Source: Solirubrobacteraceae bacterium (GTDB taxonomy: Bacteria > Actinomycetota > Thermoleophilia > Solirubrobacterales > Solirubrobacteraceae). Taken from it: 40,643 nucleotides of DNA. This document shows positions 8,368 to 17,060 of this stretch, one piece after another (the first letter of the stretch is position 1; the number at the start of each line of letters is the position of its first letter). The DNA is taken from positions 1-40,643 of the forward strand of contig DASZCY010000275.1 of assembly GCA_035942615.1 (NCBI GenBank), read 5' to 3'. The notes beneath the pieces were generated by a model. That model was not told the DNA's origin. It ran no database searches and saw only the letters and a program-made list of their open reading frames with translations. The translations under genes and the position numbers were made by a program.

Positions 8368-8640
8368 GTGAACCCCACCGCACGCCACATGACCGTGCAC
8401 GGCGACGTGCAGGGGGTGAACTTCCGCAACGCCACGCTGGCCCGCGCCGAGGAGCTGGGGCTGGCGGGGTGGGTGGCCAACCAGGCCGACGGCACCGTGG
8501 CCGTTCACGCCGAGGGAACCGATGAGGCCCTCGACGCCCTGGTGGCGTGGCTCGAGCAGGGCCCGCCCGGCGCCGGGGTCGAGCGCGTCGACCACGCCGA
8601 GGCCCAGCCCGAGGGCGTCGAGGGCTTCGCGGTCCGGTAA
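8368..8640 (+). CDS. acyP: Acylphosphatase
   Basis: VHGDVQGVNFRNAT...GWVANQADGTVAV signature of acylphosphatases. The start is GTG 8368. Confidence 0.88.
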   Translation: MNPTARHMTVHGDVQGVNFRNATLARAEELGLAGWVANQADGTVAVHAEGTDEALDALVAWLEQGPPGAGVERVDHAEAQPEGVEGFAVR

Positions 8641-8662
8641 CCGCGCCGGGCGAGACCTGCGG

Positions 8663-9730
8663 CTACGGGTGGGGCGCCGCGGCGCGGGGCGGCCCCCCGA
8701 CGCCGGGGCCCTCGCCGCCACCGTGGCCGTTGCCCTGGGCATCCATGGCGCGGTGCCAGACCGTCTGCTGGGGAAACGGGATCTCGATGCCCTCGGCATC
8801 GAAGGCGTCCTTGATGCGCTGCAGCAGCACCCGGCTGATGCGAAACTGCTCGTTGGGCGTCGTCTTGATGGTCAGGCGCAGCAGCACGCCGTTGGGGTTG
8901 AGCATCTGCACCCCCCACATCTCTGGCTCCTCGAGGATGGCGGTGTCCTCGCGCCACATCGCGTCGGCCGCGCCCTTCATGACCTGCTTGGCGTGCTCGA
9001 GGTCGGACGAGTAGGCGACCTCGACGTCCACCAGCGCGCGCGACCAGTGCTGGCTCTTGTTGCCCACCCGGATGATGTCGCCGTTGGGCACGTGCCAGAC
9101 GGTGCCGTCGACGGCGCGCAGCCGCGTGGTGCGCAGGCTCACGGCCTCGACCACGCCGCTGGTCTGCTGGTCGAGGTCGACGATGTCCCCGACGCCGTAC
9201 TGGTCCTCGACCAGGATGAAGATGCCCGACAGAAAGTCCTTGACCAGGCTCTGGGAGCCGAAGCCCAGCGCCACCCCCAGCACGCCGGCGCCCGCCAGCA
9301 GGGGCCCCAGGTTCAGGCCCACGGTGCTCAGGATCATGAACCCGGCGATCAGCCAGATCGTGAAGGTGGCCGCGCTGCGCAGCACGCTGGTCAGCGCCTC
9401 GATGCGCTGCTCGACGCGAATCGACGTCTCGCCGGTCTCCAGGAATGCGTCGGGCGTGCGCCGGCGCACGTTGCCCATGCGCTCGCGCAGCCCACCGGAG
9501 TGCAGACCCCGCAGTGCCCGCTTGACCCCCCGACGCACCAGGCGGTTGGTCACCCACGCCACGACAAGGATCAACAGGATGCGCAGCGGTGCGTCGAGTG
9601 CCCACTGGGCGGTCTGCGCCAGCTGGCGGCTGCCCGTGCTCTCGAGAACCTGCGTGCAGATCGGCCCGGGCTCGTTTCCACAGGCGCTCTGCAGCCGCCT
9701 GGCGGAGACCTGAGCGAGGAAGGTCAGCAT
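8663..9730 (-). CDS. Small-conductance mechanosensitive channel (MscS family)
   Basis: N-terminal TM helices followed by the MscS beta-domain pattern SGIFILVEDQYGVGDIVDL...GVVEAVSLRTTRLR..DGTVWHVPNG. Confidence 0.85.
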   Translation of the reverse strand: MLTFLAQVSARRLQSACGNEPGPICTQVLESTGSRQLAQTAQWALDAPLRILLILVVAWVTNRLVRRGVKRALRGLHSGGLRERMGNVRRRTPDAFLETGETSIRVEQRIEALTSVLRSAATFTIWLIAGFMILSTVGLNLGPLLAGAGVLGVALGFGSQSLVKDFLSGIFILVEDQYGVGDIVDLDQQTSGVVEAVSLRTTRLRAVDGTVWHVPNGDIIRVGNKSQHWSRALVDVEVAYSSDLEHAKQVMKGAADAMWREDTAILEEPEMWGVQMLNPNGVLLRLTIKTTPNEQFRISRVLLQRIKDAFDAEGIEIPFPQQTVWHRAMDAQGNGHGGGEGPGVGGPPRAAAPHP

Positions 9731-9737
9731 CGGCGCG

Positions 9738-9743
9738 ACCGTA
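9738..9743 (-). promoter_or_regulatory. Putative -10 hexamer TACGGT, 7 nt upstream of the mscS ATG
   Basis: The minus strand reads gctgcTACGGTcgcgccgATG. Leaderless spacing. Confidence 0.4.
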
Positions 9744-9777
9744 GCAGCGCCGGCAGAAGACGTGGCGAGGCGCGCGG

Positions 9778-10245
9778 TCAGGCGACCGGCGCTCGGTCCT
9801 CCTCCTTGCCCTGCAGCCGGTCGCGCCCGCGCTGCACGGCGGAGATGAACTTGGACAGGTTGACCTCGAGCGTGTTGAGGATCTCGTCGGCGTAGTCCTC
9901 GGCGCCCAAGCGGATCTCCCGCTCGCGGGCGCGGGCGTCGTCGATGATGTCCTCCGCGGCCCGCTCGGCCTGCTTGGTGACCTCCTCCTCGGCGATCAGC
10001 TGGCTCTGGCGCTCTCGGGCCTCCTTGACGATGCGCTCGGCCTCCCGCTTGGCCTCAGCGAGCATCTCCTGACGCTCCTTGACGATCCACCGTGCCTGCT
10101 TGATCTCCTCGGGGATGGTGGCGCGCATCTGGTCGAGGAGGTCGTAGATCTCCTCCTTGTCCACGCGCACGGTGTCGGTCAGCGGGACCTGCTTGGCGTT
10201 GTGGACCAGGTCGTCGAGCTTGTCGATGAGTACGAGGACGTCCAT
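9778..10245 (-). CDS. Conserved coiled-coil protein of unknown function (often auto-annotated as ATP synthase subunit b-like)
   Basis: 155 aa. The N-terminus is MDVLVLIDKLDDLVHNAKQVPLTDTVRVDKEEIYDLLDQMRATIPEEIKQARWIV, followed by a long K/E/R-rich helix. It sits directly downstream of coaD. Confidence 0.7.
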   Translation of the reverse strand: MDVLVLIDKLDDLVHNAKQVPLTDTVRVDKEEIYDLLDQMRATIPEEIKQARWIVKERQEMLAEAKREAERIVKEARERQSQLIAEEEVTKQAERAAEDIIDDARAREREIRLGAEDYADEILNTLEVNLSKFISAVQRGRDRLQGKEEDRAPVA

Positions 10246-10262
10246 GGCAATCGTTCGTTTCG

Positions 10263-10763
10263 TCAGCGCCCGAGCTCTTCCTGCAACCTCGCGGCCACCT
10301 CGACCGGGACCAGCCCGTCGATGTTCCCTCCGAAGGTCGCGAGCTCCTTGACTCCGCTGGAACTGAGGAAACTGTACTGCGGGCTGGCCATGAGGTAGAG
10401 GGTGTCCACGTCCTCGGTCTGCATTCGGTTGAGCTGGTTCATCTCGAACTCGTACTCGAAATCGGAGATTGCCCGCAACCCCTTGACGATCGTGCCCGCC
10501 CCCCGCTCGCGCGCGAAGTCGACGATGAGGCTGGCGAAAGGCTCGGCGCGCACGTTGGGCAGGTGGGCGCTCGCGTGCTCGACAAAGGCCAGGCGGTCCT
10601 CGATGGAGAACAGCGTCCCCCCCTTTCGCACGGACAGGTTGACCACGGCGACGACGACCTCGTCGAAGAGGGCCGCGGCGCGCGCGATGATGTCCAGGTG
10701 ACCGTTGGTGATCGGGTCGTAGGAGCCCGGGCAGACGGCGGTGCGGTGGCGGTCAGCGGTCAT
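10263..10763 (-). CDS. coaD: Phosphopantetheine adenylyltransferase
   Basis: Start at ATG 10763 (MTADRHRTAVCPGSYDPITNGHLDII...). This is the T/HxGH nucleotidyltransferase motif. The start overlaps the rsmD end by 11 nt. The longer track ORF (to 11021) is an artefactual extension. Confidence 0.9.
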   Translation of the reverse strand: MTADRHRTAVCPGSYDPITNGHLDIIARAAALFDEVVVAVVNLSVRKGGTLFSIEDRLAFVEHASAHLPNVRAEPFASLIVDFARERGAGTIVKGLRAISDFEYEFEMNQLNRMQTEDVDTLYLMASPQYSFLSSSGVKELATFGGNIDGLVPVEVAARLQEELGR

Positions 10764-11298
10764 GGTGGATGCGGATGAGGGTGTCGCCGTAGCGGCGTTC
10801 GTCGACGACCGCGAGGCCCAGCGCCGGCGGGGCGCGGTGGTCGCTCTCGACGACGACCCGGGCTCCGGGGGCCAGGACGGCGGGCAGCGCCGCGCCGAGC
10901 CTCGGCCCCAGCCCGGGGGCCTGCCGGTAGGGGGGATCGAGGAAGCACAGATCGTATGCGTCTCCCCGCGCCGATGCGGCGCGCAGGTGGGCGAGGGCCT
11001 CGCGGCGGTGCACGGCGGCACTCAGCTCGAGGGTCTCGAGGTTGCCCCGCACAGCGGCCACCGCCCGCGGGGAGCGATCCACGAACACGGCCGAGGCCGC
11101 GCCGCGCGAGAGCGCCTCGAGGCCGAGCGCGCCCGAGCCCGCGAAGAGGTCGAGCACGTGCCTCCCGGCCACGCCGCCACCGCTGCTTTCGAGGATGGCG
11201 AAGAGGGCCTCGCGCACGCGGTCGGAGGTCGGGCGCACGTCGTGCCCGGCCGGCGCGGCCACCCGCCGGCCGCGGTGGGTGCCCGCGACGATGCGCAA
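10753..11298 (-). CDS. rsmD: 16S rRNA (guanine966-N2)-methyltransferase RsmD
   Basis: RPTSDRVREALF, DLFAGSGALGLEALSRGA and the LDPPY motif. TTG start at 11298. Confidence 0.88.
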   Translation of the reverse strand: MRIVAGTHRGRRVAAPAGHDVRPTSDRVREALFAILESSGGGVAGRHVLDLFAGSGALGLEALSRGAASAVFVDRSPRAVAAVRGNLETLELSAAVHRREALAHLRAASARGDAYDLCFLDPPYRQAPGLGPRLGAALPAVLAPGARVVVESDHRAPPALGLAVVDERRYGDTLIRIHHDR

Positions 11299-11306
11299 CT
11301 ACCGCC

Positions 11307-13397
11307 TCACGCCGCGACGCGCGCGGCCTCCACCGCGGCCAGCGCGTCGGCGAGCAGCGCGTGCTCGGGCTCGGTCAGCGCCGGGTCGGCCTCCAGCAGT
11401 GCGCCCGCGCGGGCGTGGGCGCGCTCGAGCAGGTCGGCGTCGTCGGGCAGGCGGGCGAAGCGCAGGCGCGCGAGGCCCGACTGCCGCGTCCCCGTCAGCT
11501 CTCCCTCGCCGCGCAGCTCGAGGTCGATCTCGGCCAGGCGGAAGCCGTCGCGGTGCTGGGCCAGCGCCTTCAGGCGCGCGGACTCCTTGGGGCCAAAGAG
11601 CAGGCACAGCGACCTGTGACGGCCGCGGCCCACCCGCCCGCGTAGCTGGTGCAGCTGGGAGATGCCATAGCGCTCGGCGTCCTCCACCAGCATCACCGTG
11701 GCATTGGGCACATCGATGCCCACCTCGATGACCGTGGTGGCCACCAGCACGTCGGCGGCGCCGCCTGCGAAAGCCTCCATCGCCTCGGCCTTCTCGCGCG
11801 AGGTCATGCGCCCGTGCAGCAGGACGACGGCGAAGTCGCGAAATTCCCCGTCGCGCAGGCGCTCGAACTCGGCGATGGCTGCCCGCGCCTGCAGGGGCTC
11901 GGACTCGGCGACCAGCGGGCAGACCACAAAGGCCTGGCGGCCCGCGCGCAGCTCCTCGCGGATGCGCTGGTAGGCACGCTCGCGCTCGCGCTCGCCCGCG
12001 GCGACATGGGTGACGATCGGCCGCCGGCCCTGGGGCAGCTCGCGCAGGCTGGTGACGTCCAGCGTGCCAAAGGAGGCCAGGCGCAGCGTGCGCGGGATCG
12101 GCGTGGCGGTCATATGCAGCACGTGGGGGGCCAGACCCTCGGGGGCCTTGGCGTCGAGGGCCGAACGCTGGCGCACCCCGAAGCGATGTTGCTCGTCGAC
12201 CACCGCCACGGTGAGGTCGCGGAAGCCCACGCCGGGCTCGATCAGCGCGTGTGTGCCCACCACGAGCGCGAGCTCCCCGCTACGAAGCTTGCCCAGGAGG
12301 TCGGCGCGCCGGCCCGCCGGGGTGGAGCCGGTCAGCAGCGCCGCGGGCACCGCCGCCCCGGGCATGAGCGACTGCAGGGTGGCGAAGTGCTGCTCGGCCA
12401 GCGTCTCGGTGGGCGCCATGAAGGCGGCCTGGCGCCCGTGCTCGACCGCGCGCAGCATCGCGTGCAGGGCGACGACCGTCTTGCCCGAGCCGACCTCGCC
12501 CATGAGCAGGCGCTGCATGGGACGGCCCATGGCCAGGTCGGCGTCGACCTCGTCCATGGCCCGTCGCTGGTCGGCGGTGAGGGAGAAGGGCAACTGCTTC
12601 TCCCGCCAGGTGCGGCTGAGCGTCGGCGCGCCGGCCAGCGGCGTGGCCGCCAGCGCCGCGCGGCGCTGGGCGCGCAGGCGTAGTTGGGCGACCTGGTCGA
12701 CCAGCAGCTCGTCGAAGGCCAGGCGCCGGCGACCCGCCTCGTGGCCGCAGAAGTGCGCCGCCTCCAGCGCCGCGGCGACGTCGGGCAGGCCCTCGACGGC
12801 ACGCAGGCGGCCAGGCAGGCGCTCGACGGCCTCGAGCATGGCGCTGCGGTGCTCGCGCACCAGGGCGGCGAGCTGCGTCGAGGAGACGCCCTCGGTCGCC
12901 CGATAGGTGGCCATGGCCACGTCGCCGCCCGCCGGCGCGTCGGTGAGAGCGTGGGAGCGCACCCGGAAGCGGTTGCGCGCCTCGGCGTCGCCGTGGAGCA
13001 GCAGCCGGGTCCCGGGCGCGTAGCGACGCTCGAGCCAGGGCTGGTTGAAGAAGGTGGCCGTCATCACGCCGGTGGCGTCGCCCACGGTGGCCTCCACCAG
13101 CGGGCGCATCCCGCGCCGTCGCACGGGTCGCGAGCGGATGGAGCGCACCTCGACCACCACGCCGGCTACCTCGCCGGGCGTCAGCTCGGCCACGGTGCGC
13201 GCTTGACCGCCCCCGCGTGGCAGGTGGGCGAGCAGGTCGCCCACGGTCGCCAGCCCCAGGGCCTCCAGGGCCTTGGCGGGCCTGGCCGCGGGCACGTCGA
13301 GCGGCGCGGCGAGCGCCGAGGGGTGCGGCCAGCGCACCGGCGCGGTGCGCAGGGCCACGGCGTCGAGCGGGTCGTGCGAAGCAAAGGCGGTGGGCAC
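11307..13397 (-). CDS. recG: ATP-dependent DNA helicase RecG
   Basis: 696 aa. It has a wedge/OB N-terminus, GEVGSGKTVVA (Walker A), DEQHRFG and QLRGRVGRG. GTG start at 13397. Confidence 0.92.
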   Translation of the reverse strand: MPTAFASHDPLDAVALRTAPVRWPHPSALAAPLDVPAARPAKALEALGLATVGDLLAHLPRGGGQARTVAELTPGEVAGVVVEVRSIRSRPVRRRGMRPLVEATVGDATGVMTATFFNQPWLERRYAPGTRLLLHGDAEARNRFRVRSHALTDAPAGGDVAMATYRATEGVSSTQLAALVREHRSAMLEAVERLPGRLRAVEGLPDVAAALEAAHFCGHEAGRRRLAFDELLVDQVAQLRLRAQRRAALAATPLAGAPTLSRTWREKQLPFSLTADQRRAMDEVDADLAMGRPMQRLLMGEVGSGKTVVALHAMLRAVEHGRQAAFMAPTETLAEQHFATLQSLMPGAAVPAALLTGSTPAGRRADLLGKLRSGELALVVGTHALIEPGVGFRDLTVAVVDEQHRFGVRQRSALDAKAPEGLAPHVLHMTATPIPRTLRLASFGTLDVTSLRELPQGRRPIVTHVAAGERERERAYQRIREELRAGRQAFVVCPLVAESEPLQARAAIAEFERLRDGEFRDFAVVLLHGRMTSREKAEAMEAFAGGAADVLVATTVIEVGIDVPNATVMLVEDAERYGISQLHQLRGRVGRGRHRSLCLLFGPKESARLKALAQHRDGFRLAEIDLELRGEGELTGTRQSGLARLRFARLPDDADLLERAHARAGALLEADPALTEPEHALLADALAAVEAARVAA

Positions 13398-13419
13398 GGG
13401 CGCATGATGACCCGTGCCC
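13392..13419 (-). other. Perfect 9-bp stem / 10-nt loop hairpin covering the recG start codon
   Basis: Plus strand: GGGCACGGG-cgcatgatga-CCCGTGCCC. In the minus-sense RNA the 3' arm is CCC-GUG-CCC, where GUG is the recG start (13397-13395). Confidence 0.6.
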
Positions 13420-13436
13420 CGGCGGCGACGCGGGCG

Positions 13437-15104
13437 CTACTCGGCGGCGATCAGCCACCACCACGACGGCTGGCCACCGACCGACGTTTCGAGCTCCACG
13501 TCCTCGGGAGCCAGCGCGCGTACCGCGCCGTCGTCCAGCGGGGCCCCGTCGCCGGCGATGCAGGTGAGCAGTTCGGCGTCTTCGCCCAGGCGCTCGAACA
13601 CCCTGGCCAGCGTGTGCGGCGGGCCGCCCCACGCCACCAGCTCGTCGTCGACGTAGCCGACGGCATCGCCGGCGCGGAAGCGCCGCTGGGGGTCGTCGCG
13701 ACCGGCGGGCGCGACGGCGCCGGTGCGCACCTGGGTCAGGGCCTCGGCCAGCGCGGCGGCGTTGGCCTCCGCCGAGGAGCCGGGATTGGCGGCCAGGCAG
13801 GCGGCCAGGCCCGCCTGCTGGCAACGGGTGGGCACGACGCGGACGACCTTGTCCGACAGCTCGGCCGCGCGCTCGGCGGCCATGATCACGTTGGGCGAGT
13901 TGGGCAGCACCACGACCTCCTCGGCGGGCACGGCATGGATGCCGGCCAGCAGCTCGTAGGTCGATGGGTTGAGCGTCAGGCCGCCGTCCAGGGGATGGGT
14001 GCCCAGGCTTTCGAACAGGCGCACCAGCCCCGGTCCGCTGGTCACCGCCAGCACCCCGCAGCGCTGCGTGGCCGGGGGCGCGGACCCACCGTCGCCCCCG
14101 GCCGATGCCAACCGCTTGTTGCGCTGACCGACCTGGGCGGTCATGTCGGCGACATCCAGGTGGGAGATCTCCCCTACGCCGGCGAACACGCCGGTGGCCG
14201 CCTCGGGGTCGTCGGTGTGCACGTGCACCTTCAGCGTGGCGGCGTCGCCGACCACGAGGACCGAGTCGCCCAGGGCCTCCAGGCGGGGCGCGAAGTCGGC
14301 CGAGCGCAGACCCTCCCCGGTGACCGCGAAGTTCGTGCAGTAGCGGAAGGTGGTGCTCACGTGCTCGGGATGGCTGATGCGCGCCGGCGCGCGGCGCTCC
14401 ACCATGGGCGGCTCACTGCCGCGCAGCGCCGCGATCACCCCGGCGATCACCAGGGTGACCGCGTGGCCACCCGCGTCGACCACCCCGGCGTCGCGCAGGG
14501 CGGGCAGCATCTCGGGGCCGCGACGCACGGACTCCTCGCCCGTCTGGAGCGCCGTCTCCAGCACGTCGGCGATCAGCTCGTTCTGCACCGTGCCCTCATC
14601 GTCGGGCGTCAAGCGGGTGTCGGCCCCATGGTGGGCCAGCTCGGTGACGATGCGCGAGGCCATCTCGCGCACCACGGTGAGGATCGTACCCTCGGCCGGC
14701 GCGCGCACCGAGCCGTAGGCCCGGTCGGCCGCGCGCGCCATGGCCGCGCCGATCAGCACGGGATCGATCAGCTCGCCGGGACGGCTGATGAGCTCTTCGG
14801 CGGCGCCGCGGATCAGCTGGGAGAGGATCACCCCGGAGTTGCCCCGCGCGCCCAGCAGCGCGGCGCGGGCGACGCGCTCGACGATCTCCTCCCGGCCGAT
14901 GTCGTCGAGCGAGCGCCCGCCCTGGGCCCTCACACGGTCGAGCTCGTCAAGCACGGCCTCGAGGGTGAGGACCATGTTGTCCCCGGTGTCCCCGTCGGCC
15001 ACGGGAAAGACGTTGAGGTCGTTGACCTCCTGACGGCGCGACTCCAGGTGAGCCAGCGCTCCGACCATCACGGCACGGAAGCGGACGAGGCTGGGATCGG
15101 TCAT
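13437..15104 (-). CDS. yloV: DAK2 domain fusion protein YloV
   Basis: DAK2 motif VFPVADGDTGDNM near the N-terminus and a C-terminal DegV/YloV-like region. It lies between rpmB and recG, as in Firmicutes and Actinobacteria. Start taken at ATG 15104 (MTDPSLVRF...); the track ORF extends to 15203. Confidence 0.85.
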   Translation of the reverse strand: MTDPSLVRFRAVMVGALAHLESRRQEVNDLNVFPVADGDTGDNMVLTLEAVLDELDRVRAQGGRSLDDIGREEIVERVARAALLGARGNSGVILSQLIRGAAEELISRPGELIDPVLIGAAMARAADRAYGSVRAPAEGTILTVVREMASRIVTELAHHGADTRLTPDDEGTVQNELIADVLETALQTGEESVRRGPEMLPALRDAGVVDAGGHAVTLVIAGVIAALRGSEPPMVERRAPARISHPEHVSTTFRYCTNFAVTGEGLRSADFAPRLEALGDSVLVVGDAATLKVHVHTDDPEAATGVFAGVGEISHLDVADMTAQVGQRNKRLASAGGDGGSAPPATQRCGVLAVTSGPGLVRLFESLGTHPLDGGLTLNPSTYELLAGIHAVPAEEVVVLPNSPNVIMAAERAAELSDKVVRVVPTRCQQAGLAACLAANPGSSAEANAAALAEALTQVRTGAVAPAGRDDPQRRFRAGDAVGYVDDELVAWGGPPHTLARVFERLGEDAELLTCIAGDGAPLDDGAVRALAPEDVELETSVGGQPSWWWLIAAE

Positions 15105-15215
15105 CGCCGAGCCAGGGATGCCGGCGGGGCCAGACGATCCTAAGGGCGGGTCCCGCGGCTCACGCTCTGCCGGAGGCGGGCCCCCAGGTCGCGATAGCGA
15201 CACCTCCTCCTCCGG

Positions 15216-15407
15216 CTAGACGGCCTTGGTGACCTTGCCGGCCTTGAGGCAGCGGGTGCAGACGTGCACGCGCCGAGGCGCCGAGCCGACGAGCACGCGG
15301 ACCTTCTGGAGGTTCGGGTCGAAGCGGCGCCGGGTGGCGACCATCGAGTGCGAGCGGCTGTTGCCGAACGCGGGCCCCTTGCCGCAGCTATGACAGACCT
15401 TGGCCAT
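15216..15407 (-). CDS. rpmB: 50S ribosomal protein L28 (zinc-ribbon form)
   Basis: MAKVCHSCGKGPAFGNSRSHSMVATRRRFDPNLQKVRVLV...CTRCLKAGKV. This is only the last 63 codons of track ORF 15216..15923. Confidence 0.92.
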   Translation of the reverse strand: MAKVCHSCGKGPAFGNSRSHSMVATRRRFDPNLQKVRVLVGSAPRRVHVCTRCLKAGKVTKAV

Positions 15408-15418
15408 GGCGGCTGGAG

Positions 15419-15424
15419 AGTGTA
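15419..15424 (-). promoter_or_regulatory. Putative -10 hexamer TACACT, 11 nt upstream of the rpmB ATG
   Basis: The minus strand reads ctcgtTACACTctccagccgccATG. Confidence 0.35.
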
Positions 15425-15518
15425 ACGAGCCAGGCCGCCTGCCACGTGGCCGCCTAGCCCCCGCGGGGGCAACACGCCCGCACGTTCCTCGGCCGGGCCG
15501 AACGGGTAGCGAGCGCCA

Positions 15519-17060
15519 GTGGGCGCCACGACCCAGATCGCGTTGCCCGACCGCTATCGGGTGCTCCACCACGTGGCTCGAGGCGGGATGGCCTCCGTGT
15601 GGGCGGCCGAGGATCGAATGCTCGAGCGCCGGGTGGCGGTGAAGGTGCTGGCCTCCCACCTGGCCGGCGACGCCGGGGCGCGCGAGCGCTTTCAGCGCGA
15701 GGCACGCGCCGCCGCCCGGGTCTCCGACCATCCTCACGTGGTGACGATCTTCGACGTCGGCGAGCACGAGGGCAACGCCTTCATCGTCATGGAGCACATG
15801 ACGGGCGGCAGCCTGGCCGACCAGCTGCGCGGTGGTGAGGTGATCGAGCACGACTGCACGGTGCGCTGGCTGACCGAGGCCGCTGCGGCGCTGGACGCCG
15901 CCCACGGCGAGGGAATCGTCCATCGCGACGTGAAGCCGGCCAACCTCCTGCTCGACGCCCGCAATCGCCTGGCGGTGGCGGACTTCGGGATCGCCCGCCT
16001 GGCCGCCGACAGCGCGATGACCCAGACCGGCATGGTCATGGGCACCGCCGCCTACCTGTCACCCGAGCAGGCCGAGGGCGCCCCGGCCACCGAGGCCAGC
16101 GACCGCTACGCGCTGGCCGTGGTGGCCTACGAGCTGCTGACCGGCGAGCGGCCCTTCCGCGCCGAGCACGCCGCCGCCCAGGCGCGTCAGCACATGCAGG
16201 CCGAACGCCCGCGGGCCTCCCGGGCCGCCCCCCAGCTGCCCGGCGAGCTCGACGACGTGTTGATCGAGGGCCTGGCCATCGAACCCGATCGGCGCCCACC
16301 GACCGCAGGCGCGCTGGCCGAGCGGATCCGCCGGGCGCTGCATGCCCCCGCCACCGCTCCGGCGCCGGCCCCTACGGCCCCTACGCCCGCGTATGGAGCG
16401 CCCCGGCGGGTGGCGGCCCCGGCCGCGACGCACCGTGAACCCAGGCCGCAGCGCGCCCCCGCGGCGCCGCCGTCGGCGTCCTCCCGCCCACAGCGCGAGC
16501 CAGGGCCCGCCGGGCCGCCATCTCCACGGCGGAGGCGGTGGGTCGGCGTCGTGGTCGCGGCGGCGCTCGCGCTGCTGGTGGGCCTGGCGGCGGTCCTCGC
16601 GCTGGGCGGCGGAGACGGTCAGCCGGACTCCAGGCAGGCCGACGAGCCTCCCTCGGCCGCCTCTTCGCAGCCCGACCCGGAGCCCGAGGAGACCACGCCC
16701 GCTCCCGAGTCCGATTCCGCCCCCGAGCAGCCCGAGCCCGCTCCCCAGCCGGAGGATCCCGCAGCCGCCGATGCCGACCCCGTCAGCCTCAACGACGAGG
16801 GCTATGCGCTCTTCCAGGACGGCAGCTACGCCGAGGCCGTGCCCCCGCTGCGCCGCAGCGTCGCCGCCTTCGAGGCGCAGGACCGCACGGGGGAGATGGC
16901 CTACGCCTTCGCCCTCTACAACCTCGGCGCGTCGCTCAACCGCTCGGGCAGCCCGTCCGAGGCGGTCCCGTTTCTCGAGCGCCGCCTGGAGGTCAGCGAC
17001 TTCAAGACCGGCACCGTGCGCCAGGAGCTGCGCGAGGCGCGTGCCGCCGGCGGCGGCTAG
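15519..17060 (+). CDS. Ser/Thr protein kinase with Pro-rich linker, one TM helix and an extracytoplasmic TPR-like domain
   Basis: Hanks kinase motifs VAVKVL, HRDVKPANLL, DFGIA and YLSPEQ. The TM helix is WVGVVVAAALALLVGLAAVLALGG. An acidic P/E-rich stretch follows, then a roughly 100-aa helical repeat-like tail (YALFQDGSYAEAVPPLRRSV...YNLGASLNRSGSPSEAVPFLERRL). GTG start. Confidence 0.9.
   Translation: MGATTQIALPDRYRVLHHVARGGMASVWAAEDRMLERRVAVKVLASHLAGDAGARERFQREARAAARVSDHPHVVTIFDVGEHEGNAFIVMEHMTGGSLADQLRGGEVIEHDCTVRWLTEAAAALDAAHGEGIVHRDVKPANLLLDARNRLAVADFGIARLAADSAMTQTGMVMGTAAYLSPEQAEGAPATEASDRYALAVVAYELLTGERPFRAEHAAAQARQHMQAERPRASRAAPQLPGELDDVLIEGLAIEPDRRPPTAGALAERIRRALHAPATAPAPAPTAPTPAYGAPRRVAAPAATHREPRPQRAPAAPPSASSRPQREPGPAGPPSPRRRRWVGVVVAAALALLVGLAAVLALGGGDGQPDSRQADEPPSAASSQPDPEPEETTPAPESDSAPEQPEPAPQPEDPAAADADPVSLNDEGYALFQDGSYAEAVPPLRRSVAAFEAQDRTGEMAYAFALYNLGASLNRSGSPSEAVPFLERRLEVSDFKTGTVRQELREARAAGGG

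Noticed and set aside
8641-8662. Looked for a bidirectional terminator between convergent acyP and mscS.
   Set aside because: There is only a 4-bp CCGC/GCGG pairing in 22 nt, so no convincing hairpin.
12684-15143. An 819-aa plus-strand ORF antisense to recG/yloV. There are similar giants antisense to real genes: 34065..36467 (800 aa), 1882..3660 (592 aa), 38306..40084 (592 aa), 22671..24524 (617 aa), 25218..27005 (595 aa) and 6640..8304 (554 aa).
   Set aside because: Their translations are Arg/Gly/Pro/Ala-rich low-complexity strings with no recognisable motifs. The opposite strand carries unmistakable conserved genes. Long stop-free antisense frames are the expected artefact of roughly 70% GC DNA.
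15105-15215. Nested inverted repeats after rpmB (GCCGGAGG...CCTCCGGC enclosing GTCGC-TATC-GCGAC), considered as a terminator or ncRNA.
   Set aside because: The outer stem has a 32-nt loop, the inner stem is only 5 bp, and there is no U-tract. This is too weak to call, and the region is too short and unstructured for a tRNA or a known leader.
15441-15469. Perfect palindromes GCCACGTGGC and CCCCCGCGGGGG in the rpmB-kinase divergent spacer, considered as operators.
   Set aside because: Short GC-only palindromes arise readily by chance at this base composition, and I cannot show recurrence or conservation. They are mentioned under the kinase finding only.
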